A DNA stretch of 24,000 nucleotides from Photobacterium angustum (GCF_003026365.1 NZ_PYOM01000021.1:27996-51995), one strand, 5' to 3'; counted from the stretch's first letter, positions 1 through 7,518 are shown. The notes: generated by a model not told the origin, from the letters alone. Made by a program: numbers and translations.

Positions 1-108
1 GCAATTGGCAAGCAGAAAAACGGTAAGTTAAGAATTGATAATTTGTTACCGGATGTGGTGAGTGAGACTTGCCTACAAGGACCGAAATTGATTGATATGA
101 AGCAATAA
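1..108 (+). CDS. 3' end of an unidentified CDS truncated by the window edge
   Basis: Frame 1 is open from base 1 to TAA at 106-108 (...AIGKQKNGKLRIDNLLPDVVSETCLQGPKLIDMKQ*). A hairpin terminator follows about 25 nt downstream. The ORF is absent from the track because it has no start in the window. No family is recognisable from 35 residues. Confidence 0.4.
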   Translation, partial: AIGKQKNGKLRIDNLLPDVVSETCLQGPKLIDMKQ

Positions 109-130
109 CTGCTTGCTAAAAAAGGCAATA

Positions 131-158
131 AAAAACGCGCTTATTAAGCGCGTTTTTT
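131..158. terminator. Bidirectional rho-independent terminator between the upstream CDS and purD
   Basis: AAAAACGCGC-TTATTAA-GCGCGTTTTTT. The GC stem (135-140 pairs with 148-153) has an A-run on one side and a T-run on the other. It lies between two convergent stop codons (108 and 178). Confidence 0.75.
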
Positions 159-177
159 AACTCAGGGGAAATGAGTT

Positions 178-1467
178 TTATTGTTGTTGCTCACGAGCAA
201 TGGCGCGATAACCAATATCGTCACGATGGAACATGCCATCCCACGAAATTTGTTTTGCCAACGCATAAGCGCGCTGTTGTGCTTCAAGAACAGTATCGCC
301 CATCGCCGTTGCACATAACACACGACCACCGTTGGTGACGATATTACCGTTGTTGTTTGCAGCCCCTGCATGGAAGACTTTTTCGCCAGCGATTTCTTGT
401 TGTGGTAAACCTGAAATCACATCTCCTTTGTTGTAGCTTGCAGGATAGCCGCCAGCAGCTAAAACAACACCGATAGAAGCGCGAGGATCCCACTTAGATT
501 CTACAGTATCGAGTTTTTCATCAATCGCTGCTAAACATAGCTCAACTAAATCTGACTGCATACGTAGCATGATAGGTTGGGTCTCAGGATCACCAAAACG
601 ACAGTTATATTCGATTACTTTAGGTGTACCATCGCTCATGATCATCAAGCCGGCATAAAGGAAACCTGTGTAAGGTGCGCCTTCTGCAGCCATCCCTTCA
701 ACCGTTGGGTAGATCACTTCTTTCATCACACGGTTATGGATCTCTTTTGTTACAACAGGAGCAGGAGAATAAGCACCCATGCCCCCCGTGTTAGGGCCTG
801 TATCGCCATTACCGACACGTTTATGATCTTGGCTGGTGGCCATAGGTAGGACGTTTTTACCATCGACCATTACGATGAAACTGGCTTCTTCACCATCTAA
901 GAACTCTTCGATAACTACGCGGTGTCCGGCTTCACCAAATGCATTGCCAGCGAGCATGTCGCGTACGGCATCTTCGGCTTCTTGTTCTGTCATTGCGACA
1001 ATCACGCCTTTACCTGCTGCTAAGCCGTCCGCTTTTACTACAATCGGTGCGCCTTTTTGCTTTAAGTAAGCAAGAGCGGGTTCGATTTCAGTAAAGTTTT
1101 GATATTCCGCCGTTGGAATATTGTGGCGAGCAAGGAAGTCTTTAGTGAAAGCTTTAGAACCTTCAAGTTGCGCTGCGGCTTCTGTTGGACCAAAGATGGG
1201 CAGTTTAGCGGCGCGGAAGGCATCAACCACACCAATAACCAGTGGCGCTTCTGGGCCGACAATGGTTAAACCAATTTGATTATTTTGCGCAAATTCCACT
1301 AATGCTGCGATGTCTTCAACACCAATCTCTACATTTTTCAGTTTTGGTTCAAGTGCTGTACCTGCATTACCAGGAGCAATAAATACCGTTTCTACTTGTG
1401 GGTTTTGTGCAACTTTCCAGCCTAATGCGTGTTCACGGCCGCCGTTACCAATGATCAGTACTTTCAT
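178..1467 (-). CDS. purD: Phosphoribosylamine--glycine ligase (GAR synthetase)
   Basis: 429 aa ORF. The N-terminus MKVLIIGNGGREHALGW and the ATP-grasp core (APIVVKADGLAAGKGV, SQDHKRVGNGDTGPNTGGMGAYSP) are colinear with E. coli PurD. An AAGGA SD lies upstream of the ATG. Confidence 0.97.
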   Translation of the reverse strand: MKVLIIGNGGREHALGWKVAQNPQVETVFIAPGNAGTALEPKLKNVEIGVEDIAALVEFAQNNQIGLTIVGPEAPLVIGVVDAFRAAKLPIFGPTEAAAQLEGSKAFTKDFLARHNIPTAEYQNFTEIEPALAYLKQKGAPIVVKADGLAAGKGVIVAMTEQEAEDAVRDMLAGNAFGEAGHRVVIEEFLDGEEASFIVMVDGKNVLPMATSQDHKRVGNGDTGPNTGGMGAYSPAPVVTKEIHNRVMKEVIYPTVEGMAAEGAPYTGFLYAGLMIMSDGTPKVIEYNCRFGDPETQPIMLRMQSDLVELCLAAIDEKLDTVESKWDPRASIGVVLAAGGYPASYNKGDVISGLPQQEIAGEKVFHAGAANNNGNIVTNGGRVLCATAMGDTVLEAQQRAYALAKQISWDGMFHRDDIGYRAIAREQQQ

Positions 1468-1504
1468 CGTTAATCCTTATTGCTTCGCGCTAAATACTTA
1501 AAAA

Positions 1505-1532
1505 TCTCTGCTCTTTAAAAAAAGAGCAGAGA
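1505..1532 (-). other. Perfect 12-bp stem-loop in the purH-purD intercistronic spacer (possible partial terminator or processing/stability element)
   Basis: TCTCTGCTCTTT (1505-1516) pairs perfectly with AAAGAGCAGAGA (1521-1532) around a 4-nt loop. On the minus-strand transcript only UUUU follows it. Confidence 0.5.
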
Positions 1533-1574
1533 CTAAATCGATAGTGTTTATTCACTTAAGTTTGTGATGACAAC

Positions 1575-3167
1575 TTAGTGGCGGAAGTGGCGCATACCGG
1601 TAAATACCATCGCCATGCCATGCTCGTCAGCGGCAGCAATGACTTCATCATCACGCATTGAACCACCCGGTTGGATAACACAAGTAATACCTGCTTCTGC
1701 TGCCGCATCAATACCATCACGGAACGGGAAGAATGCATCTGATGCCATTACGCTACCCGCGACTTCTAGGTTTTCGTCAGCAGCTTTAATACCTGCAATT
1801 TTGGCAGAATAAACGCGGCTCATTTGGCCAGCGCCGACACCGATTGTCATATTGCCTTTTGCATACACAATCGCGTTTGATTTCACGTATTTCGCTACTT
1901 TCCAGCAAAATAGAGCATCACGCAGTTCGTCTGTGGTTGGTTGACGCTTGGTGACAACGGTTAAATCATCAACTGATACCATGCCTTGGTCACGGTCTTG
2001 AACTAATAAACCACCATTAACACGTTTAACGTCAAAGCCAGTTGTTTTGGTTGTCCATTCGCCACACTCAAGAAGACGTAAGTTTTTCTTGGTTGCAACA
2101 ACGGCTGCCGCTTCTGCTGATACTTTCGGCGCGATAATAACTTCGACAAATTGACGATCAACAATCGCTTGTGCAGTTGCTGCATCTAATTCACCGTTGA
2201 ACGCAATAATGCCGCCAAATGCTGAGGTTGGGTCTGTTTTGTAAGCGCGATCGTAGGCTTCAAGTAAATTGTCACCGAGTGCTACGCCACATGGGTTAGC
2301 ATGCTTTACAATCACACAAGCGGGTAAATCGAATTCTTTCACACACTCAAGTGCAGCATCTGTATCTGCGATGTTGTTGTATGATAGCGCCTTACCTTGA
2401 AGTTGCGTTGCCGTTGCGACAGAAGCTTCTTGTGGGTTTGCTTCAACATAGAATGCTGCTGCTTGGTGGCTGTTTTCACCGTAGCGCATGTCTTGTTTTT
2501 TCTCGAACTGCTGATTGAAAGTGCGTGGAAACTTCGATTCCTCATCACCTTCTTTGTTGTCGCCGTATGATGGCACCATAGTACCGAAGTAGTTGGCGAT
2601 CATACCGTCGTAAGCTGCAGTATGTTCAAAAGCCGAGATAGCTAAATCAAAGCGTGTTGCCTGGGTTAGTGAGCCATTGTTCGTGCTAATTTCTGTTAGT
2701 ACGCGATCGTAATCGTGCGCATTAACGACAATCGCTACATCTTTATGGTTTTTCGCAGCAGAGCGTACCATTGTTGGTCCACCGATATCGATGTTCTCAA
2801 CTGCATCGGCTAGCGTACAACCGGCTTTGGCAACGGTTTCTGCAAAAGGGTATAGGTTAACAACAACCATATCGATAGGATTAATGCCGTGCTTTTCCAT
2901 TACTTCGTCGTCAGTACCACGACGACCTAGTACGCCACCATGAACTTTTGGGTGAAGGGTTTTTACACGGCCATCCATCATTTCTGGGAAACCGGTGTAA
3001 TCAGAAACTTCAGTTACTTGAATGTTTTTTTCGGCAAGTAAACGAGCGGTACCGCCAGTCGATAAGATTTCTACGCCGCGATTGGCAAGAGCCTGTGCGA
3101 ATTCCACAATACCTGTTTTGTCTGATACGCTGATCAGTGCACGGCGAATAGGACGAGCGTTTTCCAT
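1575..3167 (-). CDS. purH: Bifunctional AICAR transformylase / IMP cyclohydrolase
   Basis: 530 aa ORF. It has an MGS-like N-terminus ([20 protein letters not shown]...STGGTA) and an AICARFT domain ending in ...[11 protein letters not shown], colinear with E. coli PurH. It sits upstream of purD as in the purHD operon. Confidence 0.97.
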   Translation of the reverse strand: MENARPIRRALISVSDKTGIVEFAQALANRGVEILSTGGTARLLAEKNIQVTEVSDYTGFPEMMDGRVKTLHPKVHGGVLGRRGTDDEVMEKHGINPIDMVVVNLYPFAETVAKAGCTLADAVENIDIGGPTMVRSAAKNHKDVAIVVNAHDYDRVLTEISTNNGSLTQATRFDLAISAFEHTAAYDGMIANYFGTMVPSYGDNKEGDEESKFPRTFNQQFEKKQDMRYGENSHQAAAFYVEANPQEASVATATQLQGKALSYNNIADTDAALECVKEFDLPACVIVKHANPCGVALGDNLLEAYDRAYKTDPTSAFGGIIAFNGELDAATAQAIVDRQFVEVIIAPKVSAEAAAVVATKKNLRLLECGEWTTKTTGFDVKRVNGGLLVQDRDQGMVSVDDLTVVTKRQPTTDELRDALFCWKVAKYVKSNAIVYAKGNMTIGVGAGQMSRVYSAKIAGIKAADENLEVAGSVMASDAFFPFRDGIDAAAEAGITCVIQPGGSMRDDEVIAAADEHGMAMVFTGMRHFRH

Positions 3168-3201
3168 GGCTACTATCTCTTTTAATTACACGGTGAATAG
3201 A

Positions 3202-3251
3202 ATATTTCCCAAGACCAAGCCCATTTGGTGTGAATTGGCTTTGGGAAATAT
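3202..3251 (-). other. Long imperfect hairpin in the predicted purH 5' leader
   Basis: ATATTTCCCAA (3202-3212) is the exact reverse complement of TTGGGAAATAT (3241-3251). An inner 4-bp extension pairs 3218-3221 with 3237-3240. No U-run follows on either strand. Confidence 0.45.
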
Positions 3252-3305
3252 CCTGATTCTCATCACATCAACAAAGCTTGGGTGATGACAATAGTGATTT
3301 ATCAG

Positions 3306-3336
3306 TAATGGTCATTCGTGCGTAATGTGACCATTA
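3306..3336. repeat. 9-bp perfect inverted repeat with 13-nt spacer at the predicted purH transcription start
   Basis: TAATGGTCA (3306-3314) and TGACCATTA (3328-3336) are exact reverse complements. The right arm abuts the candidate purH -10 element. Confidence 0.5.
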
Positions 3337-3363
3337 TTTTACATGAATAGGAAGATTACGCAA
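3336..3363 (-). promoter_or_regulatory. Candidate sigma70 promoter for purHD
   Basis: On the minus strand: -35-like TTGCGT (complement of 3358-3363), a 16-nt spacer, then -10 TAAAAT (complement of 3336-3341). The -35 overlaps the PurR box. This is a by-eye prediction only. Confidence 0.35.
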
Positions 3364-3373
3364 ACGTTTGCTT
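3358..3373. promoter_or_regulatory. PurR operator (pur box)
   Basis: ACGCAAACGTTTGCTT matches the palindromic E. coli PurR consensus ACGCAAACGTTTGCGT at 15 of 16 positions. It lies in the purH/zntR divergent region, 190 nt upstream of the purH ATG and 30 nt upstream of the zntR ATG. Confidence 0.75.
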
Positions 3374-3402
3374 TTGGGTTGTCTTTAGGAGAAATAAGCA
3401 AG

Positions 3403-3870
3403 ATGGCGATGTATTTGATTGGTCAATTAGCAAAGTTATGTCAGGTCAGTAGCGATACATTACGGTTTTACGAAAAAAATCATTTGCTCCAGCCAGCAGG
3501 CCGAAGCGACAGTGGTTATCGTTTATATAGTGAGGATAATTTATCACGAGTTAAATTTATCTTACGGGCCAAAGCTATTGGTTTAAGTTTGGAAGAAATT
3601 CGTGAGCTATTAGATATCCGACTAGAAGCAAGTCAGCATAGTTGTGCGGAAGTAAAAGCGATCACTCAAGCGAAGCTTGATGAAGTGGACATGAAAATAA
3701 AGGAACTCACACGTATTCGACGCGCATTAAAAAAGATCAATGATGCGTGTTGTGGCCATGTGGATGATGATGCGAGCCATTGCTCAATCCTTGAGGCCTT
3801 GAACGATAGCTGTGATACGCCAGATCCTATCGGTGACACTAAGTCATGTTGTTCAAGGCACAAGAAATAG
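3403..3870 (+). CDS. zntR: MerR-family Zn(II)-responsive transcriptional regulator (ZntR-like)
   Basis: M(A)MYLIGQLAKLCQVSSDTLRFYEKN...RLY...LKFI...LGLSLEEIRELL...NDACCGH...HCSILEAL is colinear with E. coli ZntR, including the CC...H...C metal ligands. The track ORF starts at 3343, but that extension contains the PurR box. AGGAG at 3387-3391 favours the ATG at 3403; the ATG at 3409 is an alternative. Confidence 0.85.
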   Translation: MAMYLIGQLAKLCQVSSDTLRFYEKNHLLQPAGRSDSGYRLYSEDNLSRVKFILRAKAIGLSLEEIRELLDIRLEASQHSCAEVKAITQAKLDEVDMKIKELTRIRRALKKINDACCGHVDDDASHCSILEALNDSCDTPDPIGDTKSCCSRHKK

Positions 3871-3880
3871 AACGTATAAA

Positions 3881-4084
3881 TTAATCGCTGGTGGCTTCTT
3901 TTGCATTTTGGATCGCATCTTTTGTGGTATCACGGAAAAAGTGTCCCGTTGCCTTGGTTGCATCACGGGTCGCGTGACCAATTTCAGTGAAGCCATCTTT
4001 AATACTTTGCTTATCGCTACTGCTACAACCAACCAATGGTAACGAAGCGATCAGTAATACCGCTAAAACATGCTTATTTAACAT
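3881..4084 (-). CDS. Small secreted lipoprotein of unknown function (67 aa precursor)
   Basis: MLNKHVLAVLLIASLPLVGC has a signal peptide plus an L-V-G-C lipobox. A GAGGGA SD lies 8 nt upstream of the ATG at 4084. The 35-codon extension of the track ORF (to 4189) has no signal-peptide logic. The mature part is polar with a loose internal repeat (GHATRDATKA / GHFFRDTTKDA). Confidence 0.7.
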   Translation of the reverse strand: MLNKHVLAVLLIASLPLVGCSSSDKQSIKDGFTEIGHATRDATKATGHFFRDTTKDAIQNAKEATSD

Positions 4085-4147
4085 CTGAGATCCCTCGGTA
4101 AAATTTCGAAGATTAGTGTAGCGTTTTTTTATCATGAACCAAGTTAA

Positions 4148-4162
4148 ATTCATGTCATGAAT
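4148..4162. promoter_or_regulatory. 15-bp perfect palindrome upstream of the lipoprotein gene (unknown binding site)
   Basis: ATTCATG-T-CATGAAT has 7+1+7 perfect dyad symmetry, 64-78 nt upstream of the lipoprotein ATG. Further TCATGA motifs lie at 4132-4137 and 4155-4160. Confidence 0.3.
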
Positions 4163-4265
4163 ATCGTGATTAGCGTCATTATATTTCATTAGGGCATTGT
4201 GAAATTTTGTGATAATTTTCAGTCAATAGCGTATTGCTAATACGAATCAAAGATAAGGAAAATCG

Positions 4266-4547
4266 ATGTTAAAAGTAAATGAATATTTTGATAGCCAAGT
4301 AAAATCAATTGGCTTTGAATCTTCGGGCGATCATGTCAGTGTTGGCGTTATGGCACCTGGCGAATATACCTTTGGTACTGTAGCACCTGAACGTATGACG
4401 GTGGTTAAAGGTGCATTAACAGTAAAACTACCAGGCCATGTTGACTGGGAAACTTACAACGCAGGCGATAACTTTGAAGTTCCTGGTGACAGTTCATTTA
4501 ATGTGAAAGTATTGGTTACTACTGCTTATCTTTGTGATTATTTATAA
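4266..4547 (+). CDS. ppnP: Pyrimidine/purine nucleoside phosphorylase PpnP (YaiE/UPF0345)
   Basis: 93 aa. [17 protein letters not shown]...[13 protein letters not shown]...[10 protein letters not shown]...AYLCDYL is colinear with E. coli PpnP (MLQSNEYFSGKVKSIGF...SYLCRYL). An AAGGAA SD lies upstream. Confidence 0.9.
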   Translation: MLKVNEYFDSQVKSIGFESSGDHVSVGVMAPGEYTFGTVAPERMTVVKGALTVKLPGHVDWETYNAGDNFEVPGDSSFNVKVLVTTAYLCDYL

Positions 4548-4569
4548 TTTTTAATTATCGTGATTATAT

Positions 4570-4599
4570 AAAAGCTTCACTTCGGTGGAGCTTTTTTGT
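4570..4599 (+). terminator. Rho-independent terminator with cUUCGg tetraloop (repeat copy A)
   Basis: AAAAGCTTCAC-TTCG-GTGGAGCTTTTTTGT has an 8-bp stem with one G-U pair and a U6 tail, 23 nt after the ppnP stop. It is also 20 nt beyond the convergent malI stop, but is weaker when read on the minus strand. Confidence 0.8.
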
Positions 4600-4618
4600 T
4601 TGTCGCAGTTTGGTATCT

Positions 4619-5644
4619 TTATGCCGATCCTCGCTCAATTAATTGTGGCGGTAAAATAAACTGTTGTGCCGTTTCATTATGCACCTTCATTTTTGCGAGT
4701 AATCGTTGTCCTGCAAGTTGTCCCATTTGTCGGGTAGGAGAGCTGATCATGGTTAAACTAGGCTGGGTTAAAGCCGCTTCAGGGGTATCATCAAACCCAA
4801 TTAAGCCTATTTGTTGACCAATATAGTTGTCTTTTCCGACACTTTTCCCAACCCGTTGAATACCATACATCGCCCCTAATGCAATGGCGGGTCGGTGGCA
4901 TAATAGTGCGGTAATTTTAGGATGTTGAGTTAGCAATTGTTGAACATGATCAGCGGCTTGGCACTGGTTATTCTGAGCTTCAATTATCCATTCATTTTTA
5001 AATGGTAAGCCGTATTGCATTAATGTCGTTCCATAGCCGCCAATGCGTTCTGCACGGGTGAGAGAGTCACTGCTGCCGCCAATATACGCAATATGACGAT
5101 GACCTTGTTGGATCAAATGCTGAGTTGCAAGTATTGCGGCTTGATGATTATCAGGCCCAATATAATCGACCTCATTATTCACGGCGGATCGGGCTAAGCA
5201 AACCGCAGGAATATTGGCTTGTTTGGCCATTTCGAGTACTTGATTGGTTGCTTCTCTTACAGGACTAAACGCAATACCTGCGACGCCTTGTTGGATCATC
5301 GATTGGACACATTGGATTAATTTGTCTGCTTGATGGTTGGACTGTGCAAGAAATAACATATGGTCATGTTGTTCAAGCTCGTCGCTTAACCCTGCCGTAA
5401 CTTCGGTATAAAAGGGATCTGTAATATCCGCTAAAATCCAACCGATCAAATTTGAGTAATTGGATCTTAAATTCGCTGCGGCGTTATTGCGAACATAGCC
5501 TAGAGCTTCAACTGCTTGATTGACCTTATCAATTGTCGCTTTTGATATACGGCCTTTATTTCCCAGTACCAAAGAAACAGTGGAAACGGAGACGCCGGCA
5601 TAGTCGGCAACATCGGTGATCTTTACTTTGCTTGATTTAGCCAT
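4619..5644 (-). CDS. malI: LacI/GalR-family transcriptional repressor, MalI-like
   Basis: MAKSSKVKITDVADYAGVSVSTVSLVLGNKGRIS... carries the HTH and a periplasmic-binding-like core (LTRAERIGGY...GLPF) colinear with E. coli MalI. It is divergent from malX, as in E. coli. The track start at 5677 is a TTG; the ATG at 5644 matches the homologue N-terminus. Confidence 0.85.
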   Translation of the reverse strand: MAKSSKVKITDVADYAGVSVSTVSLVLGNKGRISKATIDKVNQAVEALGYVRNNAAANLRSNYSNLIGWILADITDPFYTEVTAGLSDELEQHDHMLFLAQSNHQADKLIQCVQSMIQQGVAGIAFSPVREATNQVLEMAKQANIPAVCLARSAVNNEVDYIGPDNHQAAILATQHLIQQGHRHIAYIGGSSDSLTRAERIGGYGTTLMQYGLPFKNEWIIEAQNNQCQAADHVQQLLTQHPKITALLCHRPAIALGAMYGIQRVGKSVGKDNYIGQQIGLIGFDDTPEAALTQPSLTMISSPTRQMGQLAGQRLLAKMKVHNETAQQFILPPQLIERGSA

Positions 5645-5676
5645 TAGATAGTTAATTACCCTGTATTTATCTATCA

Positions 5677-5691
5677 ATATAAAACGTTATC
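5677..5691. promoter_or_regulatory. Degenerate MalI-type operator near the malI start
   Basis: ATATAAAACGTTATC has an intact left half ATAAAACG and a right half shortened by two T residues relative to the perfect site at 5780-5795. Confidence 0.35.
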
Positions 5692-5779
5692 TCTATGATC
5701 TGAATATTAACAGGATCACAGTTTTTAATATGTGTTCTGGCGCGAGATATGTTCCGTGATCTCGATGCCGATAAAAGTT

Positions 5780-5795
5780 GATAAAACGTTTTATC
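5780..5795. promoter_or_regulatory. Perfect 16-bp CG-centred palindromic operator (predicted MalI site)
   Basis: GATAAAACGTTTTATC is an exact palindrome in the malI/malX divergent intergenic region. LacI-family operators are CG-centred palindromes. An extra half-site GATAAAAG lies at 5770-5777. Confidence 0.75.
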
Positions 5796-5871
5796 ATTTA
5801 TTTCGTAATTCAGCAAAAGCGTTGGCAGAAGTTTTGAGCTCATCTTCGTCGACGTTTTTTTTCAACAAAGT

Positions 5872-5887
5872 GATAAAACGTTTTACC
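5872..5887. promoter_or_regulatory. Second MalI-type operator, close to malX
   Basis: GATAAAACGTTTTACC matches the perfect palindrome at 15 of 16 positions. It lies 35-50 nt upstream of the malX start, where the malX core promoter would be expected. Confidence 0.65.
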
Positions 5888-5904
5888 ACTTTGTTTTTGA
5901 CGAA

Positions 5905-5919
5905 GATAAAACAGTGATC
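5905..5919. promoter_or_regulatory. Weak operator-like half-site pair abutting the malX start
   Basis: GATAAAACAGTGATC has a perfect left half GATAAAAC and a poor right half. Confidence 0.25.
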
Positions 5920-5921
5920 AG

Positions 5922-7511
5922 GTGACAATGATGTCTAAATCTGCAAATAAAACAACGCTATGGGAATTTTTCCAAAGCTTAGGTAAAACGTTTATGTTGC
6001 CAGTGGCGCTCTTGGCGTTTTCCGGTATTTTACTAGGTATTGGTAGTTCGTTATCAAGTGCTGCAGTAAAAGAAAGTATGCCTTTTCTTGATAATACCGT
6101 ACTGCAATTGCTGTTCATGTGGATGACCAAAGTTGGTTTGGTTGCATTTATCTATTTACCTATCATGTTTGCTGTAGCCATTCCACTTGGCCTTGCTCGT
6201 GAAGAAAAAGGCGTTGCCGCGTTTGCTGGTTTTGTTGGTTACGCAGCACTTAACTTATCAATTAACTTTTACCTAACAGTGGCTGGCGTATTAGGCAATG
6301 CGACCGAAGAAAAAGCCTACGGTGTGAAGTCTGTTTTAGGCATAGAGTCGATTGATACTGGCATTTTAGGCGCGGTGATCGTCGGTATTATTGTGGCGAA
6401 ACTGCATGCACGTTTCTATACCTACAAAATGCCAGATGCATTAGCTTTCTTTGGTGGTGCGCGTTTTGTTCCGATCATCTCAACCTTAACGCTCGGTGTA
6501 GTTGGCCTGTTAGTACCGCTAGTATGGCCTTATTTTGCTATGGGTATTAATGGTATTGGCAGCTTAATCTCTCACTCAGGCCCATTTGGTCCATTCCTTT
6601 TCGGTACCGGTGAGCGTTTGTTATTGCCATTCGGCTTACACCACATTCTTGTAGCACTGGTGCGTTTTACGGAAGCGGGTGGCACATTGGATGTGTGTGG
6701 TAATACGGTAAGTGGGGCACTAAATATTTTCTATGCAGAGCTTTCTTGCTCAACAACTAACGGCTTCTCTAACTCGGCAACATCATTCTTGTCGCAAGGT
6801 AAAATGCCGGCTTTCCTTGGTGGATTACCTGGCGCTGCTCTTGCGATGTACCACTGTGCTCGTGTTGAAAATCGCAGCAAAGTAAAAGCGTTATTGTTAT
6901 CAGGTGTGGTTGCATGTGTGATTGGTGGTATCACAGAGCCATTAGAATTCTTATTCCTGTTCGTAGCACCAGCACTGTACTTTGTTCACGCTATTTTAAC
7001 GGGTGTTGGCTTTATGGCGATGCATCTATTAGGAGTAACGATTGGTAATACTGATGGCAATATTATCGACTTTTTGATTTTCGGCGTACTTCAAGGTACG
7101 GCAACGAAATGGTACTTAGTACCTCTTGTGGCTGCAGTATGGTTTGTGATGTATTACAGCGTATTCCGCTTTGTGATCACTCGCTTCAATTTAAAAACTC
7201 CTGGTCGTGAAGTGGCTGATGTAAAAGATGAGTTAGCCTTTGCGGAAACTGGCGAGAAAACGTCGGGTTACAAAGGCGATATTATTTTAGAAGCACTGGG
7301 TGGTGCTGCAAACATTACGTCACTTGATAACTGTATTACTCGTTTACGTTTATCGGTTAACGATATGAGTTTAGTGAATGACGCCGTACTCAAAGCTAAC
7401 GGTGCGTTAGGGGTCGTTAAGCTTGACGATCATAACTTACAAGTTGTGATTGGGCCTCAGGTGCACATGGTCAAAAATGAAATGCAGGGCTTAATGCCAG
7501 CGACGGCATAA
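5922..7511 (+). CDS. malX: PTS system EIICB component, maltose/glucose family (MalX-like)
   Basis: TLWEFFQSLGKTFMLPVALLAFSGILLGIGSSLSS...GERLLLPFGLHHIL...ITEPLEFLFLFVAP...LDNCITRLRLSV (EIIB Cys) is colinear with E. coli MalX. The start is ambiguous: GTG 5922, ATG 5928 or ATG 5931. An AGG at 5920-5922 favours the ATGs. Confidence 0.9.
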   Translation: MTMMSKSANKTTLWEFFQSLGKTFMLPVALLAFSGILLGIGSSLSSAAVKESMPFLDNTVLQLLFMWMTKVGLVAFIYLPIMFAVAIPLGLAREEKGVAAFAGFVGYAALNLSINFYLTVAGVLGNATEEKAYGVKSVLGIESIDTGILGAVIVGIIVAKLHARFYTYKMPDALAFFGGARFVPIISTLTLGVVGLLVPLVWPYFAMGINGIGSLISHSGPFGPFLFGTGERLLLPFGLHHILVALVRFTEAGGTLDVCGNTVSGALNIFYAELSCSTTNGFSNSATSFLSQGKMPAFLGGLPGAALAMYHCARVENRSKVKALLLSGVVACVIGGITEPLEFLFLFVAPALYFVHAILTGVGFMAMHLLGVTIGNTDGNIIDFLIFGVLQGTATKWYLVPLVAAVWFVMYYSVFRFVITRFNLKTPGREVADVKDELAFAETGEKTSGYKGDIILEALGGAANITSLDNCITRLRLSVNDMSLVNDAVLKANGALGVVKLDDHNLQVVIGPQVHMVKNEMQGLMPATA

Positions 7512-7518
7512 TATGATT

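Noticed and set aside
577-1501. Plus-strand ORFs of 63-90 aa (577-849, 836-1069, 1310-1501) and minus-strand alternative-frame ORFs overlapping purD
   Set aside because: They lie antisense or out of frame to a strongly conserved purD reading frame. They have no SD and low-complexity Ser/Thr/Ala/Pro-rich translations typical of shadow ORFs.
3168-3357. Possible ZTP (pfl) riboswitch in the purH leader
   Set aside because: purH is a classic ZTP-riboswitch target in other phyla. However, I could not find the conserved core elements (GGGTCGTGACTGG-like 5' subdomain, CCGCCTGGGC-like 3' subdomain) on the minus strand. A covariance-model scan would be needed to exclude it formally.
3343-3402. 20-codon N-terminal extension of the zntR ORF
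   Set aside because: The extension contains the PurR operator and the SD for the downstream ATG, and ZntR homology begins at M(A)MYLIGQLA.
4198-4219. Tandem TGTGAAATTTT / GTGATAATTTT direct repeat (two TGTGA-like CRP half-sites) between the lipoprotein gene and ppnP
   Set aside because: The two halves are direct rather than inverted, so they do not form a CRP site. AT-rich promoter DNA readily produces such short repeats.
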